Shown: positions 27,880-40,961 of the stretch, piece after piece | How the letters are laid out: every line of letters starts with the position of its first letter | Numbering within the stretch: the stretch's first letter is position 1 | Notes under the pieces: generated by a model | Told to the model about the DNA's origin: nothing | Databases searched by the model: none | Seen by the model: only the letters and a program-made list of their open reading frames with translations | From: the human T2T-CHM13v2.0 reference genome, Homo sapiens | Length of the DNA stretch: 64,000 nt | Direction: 5' to 3' (one strand) | Assembly: GCF_009914755.1 (NCBI RefSeq) | Contig: NC_060936.1 | Made by a program: the position numbers and the translations under genes

Positions 27880-28741
27880 CTGGGGAGGAGAAATGCAACA
27901 TCAGCCAATCACCTGCCATATAACAAGCAGTTAACTTACTCTAAAACCCAAACTGGCATAAGTCAGCAAGTTCTTTAGGATGACATTTGGACACAGGAAT
28001 GCAAAAGAACAGCTTTTGCTTACAATTTCAAATCTCAATTGCTGAGGATGCATACCAGTATTTGCTTTGCACAGCTTGCTGACTAAGTGAAAGAGTCTTA
28101 CCAATAATCAGTCTAACAGATGAGGGGCTGAACTTTTTATACGCACCTAGTCCTTTTCAAACCCTGAAATGGTAATTTCCAGTTAAGAACCTAATATTAT
28201 TCAAAATTTATACATCAGAATTGGATTTAAGAAAAAACTTGGATTAGTTATTTAGTGTTAATTTTTCTCTATTTTAAAGACTTATTAGTTAGTAGGTTTC
28301 TAAGTCAGCTACCTAAAACAGAAAACAACTCCGATCCAATTTAAGTAATCCTTACCTAAGGAAGCCACAAGTTCTTGACATAACAGATTATAAATCCAAA
28401 GGCTTAAAAAAAATACCAAAAACCAATCTCAACTAGATTGTGAAGCAGACAGCTGTGAGTTACTTGGTAACAATCACTTCTTCCTCTTCTTAAAATGAGG
28501 AATGAGATAATTTAAATTCAGATCAAGCCAGCACCATAAAAACTAAGGATTATCTATATTTTCTTATATTCTATAATGAATACATATTCTTCTATAACAG
28601 TTAACAAAAAATACCTGATAGTTGCTAAATTACTCCTCAAAATTCATCCTACTATGTCCATCTCAAGGATTTACTCAAACTTAGTAAAAACTGTAACTTA
28701 GAATTGAAATTGAAAGCACAAACATAATACTGTTAAAATGC

Positions 28742-29033
28742 TTTTATTTATTTTTTTTGAGATGGAGTATCACTTTGTCACCCAGGCTGAAGTGCAGTGG
28801 CACAATCTCTGCAACCCCCGCCTCCTGGGTTTAAGCAATTCTCTGTCCTCGGCCTCCTGAGTACCTGGGACTAGAGGCATGAGCCACCACACCCAGCTAA
28901 TTTTTGTATTTTTAGTAGAGATGGGGCTTCACCATGTTGGCCAGGCTGGTCTTGAACTCCTGACCTCAAGTGATCCACCTGCCTCGGCCTCCCAAAGTGC
29001 TGGGATTGCAGGTGTGAGCCACTGCACCTGACC
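28742..29033 (-). mobile_element. Alu (AluS-like, small internal deletion)
   Basis: Antisense Alu dimer. Confidence 0.93.
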
Positions 29034-29460
29034 GAAAATATTTTTGACAAAGTTAGCCAAAACAAGATTGTAACTCATTCCAACTCAATAAGTGCTAATA
29101 TTAATAAAATAAAGTTATTGAGCTTTCATTTATACAAATAAGAGACTTTTCTCCTAAAAGTCCTTCAGTGTAAATATAGTGGAAAACTTGACTTAATGCT
29201 ACCTACACTTTTCATTTTTTTAGATTAAAAATGGACATTTATTGCACTAGATAAGGCAATACCATATTAAATCTATTTATATGGCAAAGCTACAATAAAG
29301 TTACCTGTAAAAGTTCCAAGATCACAATATCTATAGAAAGCAATACATTAATAAAGTATAAATGTTACATCATTCAACTAATCATGCCTGTAATTCATAA
29401 GATAAACTGGTTCTGCTATTCTTTAAGATACAAAAGAAATTAAGACAATTGGTCTTTTAC

Positions 29461-29565
29461 CTCAGGAGTCTCTGAGGTCATAAACTCTGTTTCAGATCCA
29501 GAAGAAGCCTGATCGGTAGTAACCAAGCAAGCATTTGAGCTACAAGTAACTGGAGAAGAAGTAGC
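29461..29565 (-). CDS. CAPRIN2: Caprin-2 coding exon 12 (105 nt, phase 0-0)
   Basis: ATSSPVTCSSNACLVTTDQASSGSETEFMTSETPE; GTCTAG| ... GAG|GTAAAA. Confidence 0.94.
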
Positions 29566-29659
29566 CTAGACACAGGAAAATACAAAATATTGTAAAAGGC
29601 ACATTTTGTTCACTTTATATTTCTTGGGCCCTGGCCTTCCTAATATGTTACTCTTACTG

Positions 29660-29860
29660 AACACGCACATGTGTCAAGCACTCTGCTAAACACTTTATAC
29701 GTGTTAATATATTTAATCCTAACAGTAATCTGTGAGGTAGGTACTATTCTCATTTTATTGACAATTAAGCAGTGGCAAAGAAAGGTTAAGACATTTGCCC
29801 AAGATCATACTACAATTAAGTGGCAGAGCTGAGATTCAAACTCAAGCAGCCAGCTAGCTA
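29660..29860. mobile_element. MIR fragment
   Basis: GTGAGGTAGGTACTATT...AAAGGTTAAG..TTTGCCCAAGATCA...AAGTGGCAGAGCTGAGATTCAAAC. Confidence 0.75.
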
Positions 29861-31270
29861 CACTGCCTGTCCAGGCCTGGTCACCAAAACTACACATCTC
29901 ATCCCATGTTCACTGATTCTTGGCCCTGTAGTAGATAGCATTCACGGGAAGGTGAGCTCCGGGTACGTTTAACACTGTAGGCACAGCTCTGCCAGAGATC
30001 ATAGTAACTGTGCTTTCATGCTAAGTGCTATCAGCATCCTAAAGAGGCAGGCTGAAATATAAATAGGAAGAATAAGCTCTACATAAATCAGAATGGCACC
30101 AAAAATTCTAGTGAAAAATCAAGCTGATAGCATATGTAAAATAAAAATTGGGAGAAAGCACATTAGGAAAAAAAGTTGTGACAACTGTAACCAACAGAAA
30201 ATTAAAAGAGTGGCTAGGAAAGAATTCTATCGCACAACAGGTATTCAAATACAGCAGAGAGACACCCATAAAAATCTGGCAATAGCAAGATCTAAAGTGT
30301 CAGTGAATCCACTCCTTTTATCTAAATGCTTCTATGTGGTTCTCAGAAGCCCAAGTAATAAAATAGGTGAACTGGAAACTAATGAAGGGTTACAAAACAG
30401 AGAAATCATGTTTCAGTGACCTTCTTGAAGGAGGCATTATGATATGTTGCTTTTTAGGAAGGAGACTGGGGATTGAGTTTTAAGATCTTATGGAAAAAAA
30501 TATTTGAAATCCTTTAGAACATTTTATATTACCCAAGTAAATAGGCATAACTTAGATCTGGCCAAAATATTAGAACCATTATAAGATTAGAGTGTTTCTA
30601 AAACTAGGTCGTTCTTCTGGCTCTGTCATTAAAGTAATGAGACAAGTGCCCAAGAAAAGTAGAACTGGCTGTTGTGGGGAAATAACTAACTCTGTTGCTA
30701 AGGGAAGATTCACAGATGCTAAATTAAGGCATCTTAGGCCACTTGATAGTTAATCTTAAAATGGCTTCAATTTCAGTTAAAAGGTTCATTTAATAACAAA
30801 GACATTTACATTAGTATTTAGTTAGAAGTGATGGCAGTTCCTGCTTCCAAATTAGTGCTTTTTAAGTAGACCAGTTGGAGGTGGGTTATTGGTGAATAAA
30901 CATGATATTTGAAACCAATGTTCCAAAAAATGGGTATGAAGATTCATCCAGGAAGCTTTTAAAAATATAGGCAACACCCTAGAAAATTCTGCTCCAACAG
31001 GTCTAAGATCTTATCTAGAAATGTATACCTTATGACATATAAAGTGGGATGGCTTCGATGCAGCCATCCCACAGCCTCCACCAGAGAACTACTAAGCTAG
31101 ACCAGTGCTTTTCAAAAAATTTACCTTGTCAATTGAAAGCCTTATGTAGAACCCTAAACAGCTAGAACAAAAAATGTAACTGCTTTAGTAAATAAAAGCA
31201 GTCAGTGAATTGGAGGAAAGTAGGAAAAACCCCAATATACCCTGCTCAACAAATACAGTTTGAAAATTAA

Positions 31271-31575
31271 GGCTGAGTGCAGTGGCTCACACCTGTAATC
31301 CCAGCACTTTGGGAGGCCAAGGCAGGTGGATCACGAGGTCAGGAGCTCAAGACCAGCCTGGCCAAGATGGTGAAACCCTGTCTCTACTAAAAATACACAA
31401 AAATTAGGCAGGTGTGGTGGCAGGCCCTATAATCCCAGCTACTCGGGAGGCTGAGACACAGAACTGCTTGAACCCGTGAGGCAGACCAGACGCTGCAGTG
31501 AGCCGAGATCATGCTACTGCACTCCAGCCTGGGCGACAGAGTGAGACTCTGTCTCAATAAAACAACAACAACAAA
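31271..31575 (+). mobile_element. Alu (AluS-like)
   Basis: Full Alu dimer with AAC-rich tail; AAAATTAA on both flanks. Confidence 0.94.
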
Positions 31576-31910
31576 AATTAATTTCTTTCTTCAGACACTT
31601 TACTATGTTAATAAACTAAATTACTTAAGTAGCTCAAGAGAACATAATATTCTTAGACAAGGTACCCTCTGATTTCTTCAGGCTTGCTCTCTCCTTACTA
31701 AAGTCAGCAAACCTGTACTATATGTTTTCAGCATAGTCATCGGGGAATCATTTTAGGACAAGTCGTATTTAATCTACAAAACTAGATATGCTTAGAACAC
31801 TTTTAATAATTTCATTAGGTACATGAGAATCAGTAAGTCTGATTATTCTTTCCAAAGCAAGAGCTTCTTCCTTGAGCAGCAAAGAATAAAAGATTAATTT
31901 GGAAAGTTAC

Positions 31911-31966
31911 CTGTAACGGCTCTTGAAGAAAATCACTTTGACTGGACAGATTTTGTTCTTTAGATG
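31911..31966 (-). CDS. CAPRIN2: Caprin-2 coding exon 11
   Basis: (A)SKEQNLSSQSDFLQEPLQ; TTGCAG| ... CAG|GTAACT. Confidence 0.94.
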
Positions 31967-33021
31967 CTGCAAGGAGTAAAATAAACAGTAACTACTGAGG
32001 GAAGACAAAAGCTTACGCATATCAACTAGGAGGAAACTAAAGTTTACACTTCACAAAAAAGACATTAGCTGGAAGGACTACGTCTCAAGTTCATCATGCA
32101 CTTTCTATTAGAGTTTTAACAAGAGAGAACTGTAGAAGAATAGAAAATACTAGTTCCATCGGTGACACAGAGTGATGCTTTAAGGTTAAATGGACAAAAG
32201 TAGCATTTCAAGACTTCCAAAAGAAAAGAACTAAGACATTTAAAAATAACTGATAATAGTGACCAGGAAGGTAAGACCCAGGCTACCATGTATAGTAATT
32301 AACTGATAAACTTAATTTTCACAAATTTCAAAGTCAATCTTATCTGGATCATCCATTCAGTTTTTTTCTGATTATATATATTAACATACTTTTCAATTAT
32401 ATAGTTTGTTTTGTTTCTTCTTGTTAATATCCATCACTTTTATTAATTACTCTCTATTTACTCTCACTTCACCCAGGAATTGCTACACCAATCTTCAAGC
32501 TGGTATATACTGCTCACTAAAGCTGGACTAGCTTTATGTCACTCCTCTCTGGAGAGAAACAAATGTGGAGCAAAAAGCCCAAGCTTTGAAGCATCAGACC
32601 AGATTTGAATGCAGGCTCTTTTGTTAGTTACTGTGTTAATCACTGTTCTACACTTCATTGTGGTAATCACACCCGTAGTTAAGACCCAAAAGCCTCAACA
32701 CTAGATTTAGAGTCCAAAGGAGTCAAGCAACTTCTAGTCAGAATTCACTCCAACAACAACATAAATTACAAAAACAGCTATTGAGTATTTCCATTCACCC
32801 ATCCAGAGCCTTTCTCCAAAAAATGAAAACAAGTCAGTTAAGTACACTAATGTCCTAATGGTAATTTACCCACATATAACTGGTAACAGATGGATACAGT
32901 TAGAATAAATTAATACACCAACATATTAGGACATCTAAAATAAAATCATTTGAAAAGACAACAACAACAAATAGCTGTTAGCTCAAGACGTTTGCTCCAA
33001 GTCTTTAGAATGATTACATAC

Positions 33022-33103
33022 CTACGGGGCTACCTGGAGTAGCTGAAGGCGGTTGTGACGTTGGAATTGCACTTGAAGGTTTGTCAAAGTCAAGAACAGA
33101 CTC
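33022..33103 (-). CDS. CAPRIN2: Caprin-2 coding exon 10
   Basis: ESVLDFDKPSSAIPTSQPPSATPGSPV; ATTTAG| ... G|GTATGT. Confidence 0.95.
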
Positions 33104-33360
33104 CTAAATATATGATTTTAAATAAAGAGTGGAAACAGAGATTACTCATTTAAAAGCTATTACCATTGAATTATTCATGATGCTGCCTATAGTCTATTAG
33201 CTACACATAAATATCTAGCTAAAGCTATAGGTATCTAGCTAATCACTGTCTCAGGATGCCAAAACTAGTCTCCATAGATAAAGAAATTAAGAATTAAAAA
33301 TAAAATCTAAAGTAACTGCCATAACTTAAGGCTGTGTAGAGTGCTAAAACCACAAGAGTA

Positions 33361-33665
33361 GGCCGTGCGCAGTGGCTCACACCTGTAACCCCAGCACTCT
33401 GGGAGGCTGAGGTAGAAGGATCGCTTGAGCTCAGGAGTTCGAGACCGGCATGGAAAAAAAGCGAGACCTTGTTGCTACTAAAAATTTTTTGAAGAATTAG
33501 CTAGGCATGGTGGTATGTGCCTGTAGTCCCAGATGCTCAGGAGGCTAAAACAAGAGGATCGCTTGAGCCCAGGAATTCGAGGCTGCAGTGAGCTTTGACC
33601 ACACCACTGCACCCTAGCCTCGACAAGCAGAGTGGGACCCTGTCTTTAAACAAAACAAAACAAAA
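33361..33665 (+). mobile_element. Alu (AluJ-like)
   Basis: Alu dimer with GGATCGCTTGAGCCCAGG J-type motifs. Confidence 0.92.
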
Positions 33666-34617
33666 GCCTACAATACTAAATCTAAGGCCTAAGTCAGAAA
33701 AGAAACTCTTGACCTTACTAAGGTCCTAAACATAGCCATCAATCCTAGTCTAATCAGAACCCCCATTTTTATTACACCCAACCAAAGAGCATCTATTTAT
33801 CTCAACCATTTACTAGCTCATGCTGTTAAAACATTTTCAAGATGAGAAATCACGCTCTTGTATCTGCCTATCTCGGTTCTCTCAGAAAAGTTTCCAGTAT
33901 TTTGCATACTTAAGCTACACATTTGCAGGGAGCATTTTAGTTCTTACATCTTCAACTAATCTGATGGTATAGGCAATTCCTACATTTTGCAAATAAGTGT
34001 TGGAGGTTAAATAAACAGCTGGTAAGTAACAGAATTTAAACCCAGGCCCATATTCAAAGCTCAGGATCTTTTACTAAACAAAAATACTTATTTGACTACT
34101 TTAGCCCTCAGTAATCTCATACCATTCTCAAATTCTGTGTCTGTATCTCACAACTTAAACATATTGTATAACACAATTTATCATTTAACTATTGATTTAA
34201 CATAAATTTACAATCTTCTACAACTGGAATATAAATTCCTTGAAGGCAATGAATGTCTCATTTTCTGTATCTGTACTACAATGGTATCTAACAATATCAG
34301 GCACAGAGTAGGTTCTCACAGTTCTCAGTACTGATAATCTATAGCAGTAATGATCCTTGAGCAAGTTAAGCTTTTCACATGCTTAATTCATTTTTTTTTG
34401 TTCTAACAAACTTAGAAAGTAGGAACAATAATCCTCATTTTTCAAACAAATAAACTGAGGCAGAATCAAGTAATTTGCCTAAACTCCAGGCTAGGAGAGC
34501 TAGGAGGCAGCAGAGCCAGGACTTGACAGAATAATCTATGCTCTTAATAATTTCACTGTAATGTTTCCAGTCAGAACCCCCATGAATATCATTTAAGATT
34601 TTGTAAATGACTCATAC

Positions 34618-34740
34618 TTGCATAAAGTTACAAGTTCCTTGAATCTGAGTCATCAGATCCTGCAGTTTTTCTTTCCTCAATACTGGATCCTTCGGAAGGG
34701 TAGAGGAAGAACCTACAGGCTGATGCACAGGCTTAGGCAC
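34618..34740 (-). CDS. CAPRIN2: Caprin-2 coding exon 9
   Basis: VPKPVHQPVGSSSTLPKDPVLRKEKLQDLMTQIQGTCNFMQ; TTGTAG| ... CAA|GTATGA. Confidence 0.96.
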
Positions 34741-36923
34741 CTACAAGATAAACCCATAATGTGTAAGAGTGAAATGCAAATTCAAGAGCCTAATCTAGGA
34801 AACAGCTTATCACTACATCTTAAAGGAAAAGAAAAAACAGCAATGTTCACTTATCACAGGTAAAGAATTTTCTCATAAATACCTTTTCTAAATAAGCAAA
34901 CTTTAAACAGATTTTTCCCCTTCACAATTTTCATGGAACTCTTTCTAAAACACAAAATATTCCTTTTAAAGGGAAGATCCAGCAGAACTTCCTTGTTAAG
35001 AGTGTTTTCATTATGGACATGAGTTACCATATGTCCTCTAGGATAAGATGCCACTGACAATAAGACATACCAATGATTTTTTTTCCAGGGCAAAAATTAC
35101 TACTACCACATTAAATGTACATCCCAGTTTTAAGATGTATCTGATTTCAGAAATCAAAATGTAAATACATATATAAGTACATACATACACATACCCTAAA
35201 ATTGAGAGGGATACATATATTTTGTTATAAAGTAAGTACACTCTTGGGGGCTACTGATATCCATCCTAAATTGCTTAAAATTGATGCACATTCTGAATTA
35301 GACCAATTTACAGTTACTTTTTATAGCTGTCAACATGCCAGTCTCCACTAGCTCCTCTTCTCCACCTTCTAATCAAAGAAGACACACAGCTAAGTTTGTC
35401 AAAGGTACCAGATAAAATAAGAGTTAAGAGACCATAAGTGAGTACATATGGGACTCTTTTAGGAGGAAGGTATGAACATCAGTGATTAATTTCATGTTAT
35501 CTAGTCTTTTGGCTTTGAACTCTATTCTGCACTTGACTGTACTTAGTCAATATTCTAGACAGCTCAGATTCCAAGAAAGACAGAAAAATACTATATTACA
35601 CATAGAAGTATCCTCTCCTCTCAGTAACTGAAAAACCCTACAACTTCAATATAACGCTATCTGTCCCACAAAAGCAAATTAAATATGTTTTGACCTTTCC
35701 AAATATGTAACACTGATTTTAAATGCAATTCATCAAATAGCATGATAATATTCTGGTATGATAAAGGTTCTGCATTGCTACACCTACTGGAATTTTAAGT
35801 CAGGTTTTTAAAAGCAGCTTTAAGATATTAAATTGGGTTTTTAAATGTTTTTCAAAATAGTTACATTACAGTTACTGTTGTGTGATATTTGGTTAATAAA
35901 ATAAAGCTGACAATCTTCTGTAGGGTCAGGAAGAAGCTAAAATTAATATTAGCAACTTGAGAGAGAAAGGAGAGCAAAATAGCCAAATAACTCTAAAATT
36001 TTGTTCCCATACAGAATTAAGCCAAAGGTAATTTACTTATAAAATGCAATGCTTTGCTTTCCCCAAGCAAAATGTTTTTCATATTATTATATTAGAGGTC
36101 CAATGGTTTATCAGAAAGCCTTTAGCTAAAATGGCACAGATGTGCAAGGAAGACTACTCCATAGAGATAGAGAACACTGGAAGCACAAGTTCACATATCT
36201 CAGCAAATGAGGTGGTAACAAGTTTGCATTATAAATAGTAGTAAATAAGTAATTTACAATTTAATAAAAGGCAACCCTAACATAGCACTGTACCCAAGAA
36301 TTATTCAATGTAAGTGTTATCTACCTGAAACAGGTTATTTATCCTTAAAAGAATGTGGCCTTATGTTTTAACTGAATCTTGTTCTCCAAAACCTAACTAC
36401 AAAATATTTAATGCCAACAGTTTTCCTATCTTTGGAAAAATTCTCATTTTGAAATGGAAATAGAGAACTAATTCAAATCCTTCCCCCAATACTGAAATAT
36501 CTGCAACCACCATAAACCTTCTTCATAAAGACCTGGGCTAAACTGAGTGACCATAAATGAGTAGAAGAGAAGCAAGAGAATATAGAAAAATATAACTTGT
36601 CAGAAAAAGTTATTCGTATAGCAGGTAAATGACAACAAATGAAATACAGTATCTCCCATCCTGTGACAAGCATTTGCATTACTCACTTGTTCACATTATG
36701 TCATTATGGTCTTATCTAAACTATCTACTATTTTCATATCATGTTATATTGTTAAAATTTGGCATTAAAACAACATTTTATAATTGCAGAAATTTCATCT
36801 CAGATTAGACTTAAAGACAGACTAGATTAACTCCCAGTTTTCAAGGGAAAACAATAAATCTACCCACTAAAGAGGGTGAAATATTTTATACATTAACTTC
36901 ACATGGGCTTTGAAGAGAACTAA

Positions 36924-37220
36924 GGCCGGGCACAATGGCTCACGCCTGTAATCTCAGCACTTTGGGAGGCCGAGGCGGTTGGATCACGAGATCAGGAGAT
37001 CCAGGCCATCCTAGCTAACACAGTGAAACCCCGTCTCTACTAAAAATACAAAAAAATTAGCCAGGCATGGTGGCATGCGCCTGTAGTCCCAGCTACTCAG
37101 GAGGCTGAGGCAAGAGAATCGCTTGAATCCAGGAGGCGGAGGTTACAGTGAGCAGAGATAGTGCCACTGCACTCCAGCCTGGGTAACAGAGTGTTTCTCC
37201 ATCTCAAAAAAAAAAAAAAA
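36924..37220 (+). mobile_element. Alu (AluSc/Y-like) with 11-bp TSD
   Basis: TSD AAGAGAACTAA at 36913-36923 and 37221-37231. Confidence 0.95.
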
Positions 37221-37299
37221 AAGAGAACTAAAAAGTCATTACCACGACACCTTATTTATGCCTACACTTACAGAAGCAGAATGATACAGATCAACTCAC

Positions 37300-37977
37300 A
37301 TCTTTGGGTTCTGTGTTCAACTTCCTGGGCAGCAGCTGGTCATTTGGTATGAGGCTTGCTGTAGCTACTCCCCAGGACTTTGGAGAAATCTGTGACTGTG
37401 ATGTTAAAGAGTGTTTTTGACTCTCAACATTGTTTTCCCAGGATTTTGGAGTCTCTGGCTGTTTTGAATCCTGTTCTTCACACATGGGAGTGGTCCATGA
37501 CTTGGTGGTGTTCTGTTCGCTCTGCACGGAAGGTGTCCAAGACTTTGGAGTTTGCTTCTTTGGATCTTGTTCTTTCTGCAGCTGAACTGGCCACAGCTTT
37601 GGTGTCTCCTGTTTCTTTTGTTCCTCTTGAACATACCCTGCTTTGGATTTAGGTGTATCTTGCTTCCACTGGCTAGGAGATGGCTTGGATTTGGAGATCT
37701 CCTGCTTCTTCTGCTCTTCCGGCAGAGTAGACCTGAGTTTTGAGGTGTCTTGTTTCCTCTGTTCTAAGGAAACTGCAGGCTTGGATACCTCCTGGTGCTT
37801 ACCAGAAGCCTCCCAGGACTTAAAGGACTCCTGTTTCTTCTCTTGACCATCTGGTTCAGTAAGCATATCCCAACGTTTTGGGAGATTTGGTTTTCTAGCA
37901 TAATCTGCTTCCCAAGGTTGCTCTTCGCCTTGTTTGTTTGAATAATCTACTTCTGTCATATAGCGTCTGTTAAGAAA
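37300..37977 (-). CDS. CAPRIN2: Caprin-2 coding exon 8 (678 nt, K/Q/E/S-rich repetitive region)
   Basis: FLNRRYMTEVDYSNKQ...KLNTEPKD; ATCTAG| ... GAT|GTGAGT. Confidence 0.96.
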
Positions 37978-38890
37978 CTAGATAGAGAAACAATGCACTT
38001 AAGTCACAAAATTCATAGAAGACCTTGGAGGGAATATTCAACTCTATTAGTATTGCTATGTCCTCTGATCTAAGTTGTTGCACTAATATTAAATTTCTGT
38101 CCTTATTCTACTTGAAAAGACTTTCCTACTTCTCTTTCCTACTTTCCTACTTTTCTATCCATTCCTTTTTCCTCAATTAACAGAAATACAGACTTCGATA
38201 CATCAAAAGTAGCAACTTCTGTTGGACTTGCCTAAGACTGGCAAGAATTGCTTGATTCGGATTCTTCTACCAAGGCTGTTCCGCCTTTGCCAGCCTTAGG
38301 ACCATTCTCCCCAGTTGACTCCCTCAAACATTAAAAGGCAGAAGATAGTTCAACTTCAAAGTTAAATTATGTAACCTTAAACGTGACATTTCCTAAGTTA
38401 CCAGTGTTTTCTTTATTTCCCTTATACATCAATGACACTGTTTTTGAATCTCCCATTCTTTTCAGCTTCCCATGAATTTCAATGTCACTTCAGAAAGAGA
38501 ACAAATACCCTTTTCTGCTACCAATGTGAGTAAATTCTGGAGAGAGCAAAGTCCTGCGCATCTTAAAGTTCCTCTAACACAGGAGCCAAAAATAGCTATC
38601 ATTTGGGCAGTTCGTGTGCCAGACCAAATTCTAAGTAATTTAGAATTTAGATCAACCTCTTTAATCCTCACAATAACCCCATGAAGTAGTCATTAACGTT
38701 ATCCCTATTTTACATATGAGGATAACAGACACAGCTGGACCAGATTTCTTGCCCAAAGTCCCTAAGCTAGTAAACTGCAGAACCAGGGTTCAAGCTCAGG
38801 CAGTCTGGCTCCAGAGCCTTAGCTTCCAACCATAACCCTATGCAAAAGGCTGAAAAATCAACATCAGCAAATTGTCTTTCAGTATCTTAC

Positions 38891-38934
38891 CTCTTGTGGT
38901 TGTATCTCTGGCTGGGCAAATTCCATTAGAGACT
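38891..38934 (-). CDS. CAPRIN2: Caprin-2 coding exon 7
   Basis: (E)SLMEFAQPEIQPQE; TCCCAG| ... GAG|GTAAGA. Confidence 0.93.
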
Positions 38935-39997
38935 CTGGGATGATAAAAAGAATCTGAATAAATACTAGGTGAACTGTAAGTTTTTAGACAGATTACAACT
39001 ATAATTCATTCTAGCAACATATTTCAGAAGACTCGTAACAGAAAAAGGGTAATATAATCAAGTATATTGATGGCAAGAGGAATTATATTCCTTGTTAGTC
39101 CAAAGCATGTGGTGGTCTGAGGCTAGTTCAAACTAGTAGCTCTCCTTATGTAAGACACTTTACGAAAGTCAAGTTTCAGTTTAAAACTGATATCTGATTG
39201 AAAATAACACTATTTCTTCTTACCCTAAAACACAGCTTTTTTTCAAGTTAGCATTATAGCTCATGTCCCATGGGGTAAAAATTGGTCATCTCAGCTTGAA
39301 ATAGAGCCCTTAAAAACCTCTTACAAGCCAGTTTAAGGTTAGGAGGGGATAAGAGAGTGGAGATACTTAAGCACTGCACTTAGTATTAAGAACTAAGGGG
39401 AAATAAACATGGAAAATGGTTTCGCTCTTGCTTATGGCTACCAGAACCCTGCCTGGACTACCTCCTGAGAAGAGGTATTTCTTTAATAAATCCAACTTTG
39501 GTAAACAAAAGCAGAAGTGCCACTTGCTCAAAGTATTTCTTCCCCAGGCAAATGATAATTTTAAAAGTATATTTTCTTTACTGACTTTAGCACTTTTTTC
39601 CCCTGAATCAGTATTTCGACCTTAGGTTAATTACATCCTCATTCCACTACAGTACTGGTTTCTACTCTAACTTCCACTGTAAACAATTTTAAACAGAATT
39701 ATCCTACTAGTAGTTTAACAGAGAAGTTTATTCAAATTCCATAAATGGCTCCTTTTAACCAATGTATTCTTTTGGGACAAAGTACAAATTAATATTTCTA
39801 ATAAGTTTCACTTGGTAAATCATGGTGATAAAGCCTAGAGATGTTTTATAAACCTAGGTTTATCCTGTGGTAAGTAAAGATTTCCATGCATGTAGAACCT
39901 AACAAATTAAAATAAGGCAATCACTGCACAATACGTGACTCATTTGGGGTATTAAAAAATGCAACCACTATAAGGATTTTCAGAGGTCACAACAAAC

Positions 39998-40165
39998 CTG
40001 ACTCTTTGACAGATTCAGTCTTCGATAATTGTGTTTTTTTCTCTGATTGTATTAGCATTTCTTCCTCCAGTGGTACTTCCTTTTCCTTGGCATTTTTGGG
40101 AACTGGGATACTTTCAAAATAGCCTGAGTTCAGCAATTTAGACAGTAGATCCTTCAAGTGTTTGT
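39998..40165 (-). CDS. CAPRIN2: Caprin-2 coding exon 6
   Basis: (Y)KHLKDLLSKLLNSGYFESIPVPKNAKEK...KTESVKES; TCTTAG| ... CAG|GTTTGT. Confidence 0.94.
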
Positions 40166-40320
40166 CTAAGAAAGAGTGATTAAGACTTAATTGTCACATG
40201 ACCTAATTGAAAATTACTGGGAATAGAAATCCTAATTTTATCCTAGTTGTAGTACATTGTTACAATAGTTTACATTGATGTACATAGTACATCCTTACAA
40301 TAGTTTACAACAGTTTACAC

Positions 40321-40360
40321 TTTCATGGTACTGACTGGAGAACTTGTCAGTACCATGAAA
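40321..40360. repeat. Perfect 15-bp inverted repeat with 10-nt spacer
   Basis: TTTCATGGTACTGAC-tggagaactt-GTCAGTACCATGAAA. Confidence 0.95.
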
Positions 40361-40961
40361 AGTAAATATGCAGTCCATCTTTATTTTATGCTGAATCAAT
40401 ATGAATTTTAATGAGATCAGAATCTCAAAAGTTCAGCAAGTCACTTAAGTTTCTCTGGACCTCCATTTCCACCATTTGAAAAATGACTAAAAATCAGAGA
40501 CCCTAATCAAGTATGTCACAAAAGCACACATCTATTCCCTGAGATGAGAAATAAGTCATTTTTCCTATCTGCTCCCAAGACATCACAGCTAGCAACCACT
40601 CTACCTTCCCCAAGTAATTAAGGCTTTAGAGAAGTAAAAGTCAGTTCCTCAAAATCTATTAGATTGGGTTAGAAAATCCTATATTGGACAATCTCTATTA
40701 GATGACTAATATTATTAATCTATTTTAGAAAACCCTATCTTTTACAAACTCTGAAGTATTTTTCAACTACAAAATTCCATCATGAAGATTTTACTCGAGT
40801 TATGCTGTTTGTCCTTCCTACCACCTGACCATTTGATGATCAAGAAAAACCTTAAAATGATGCTGAGGTCACTACACTACAAATAAGTCTAAAGTCATTT
40901 TATTTTAAAAATCCATTAAAAACATAATCCCAAACTTAGCAGAGTTTCCGTACTTCATTTT

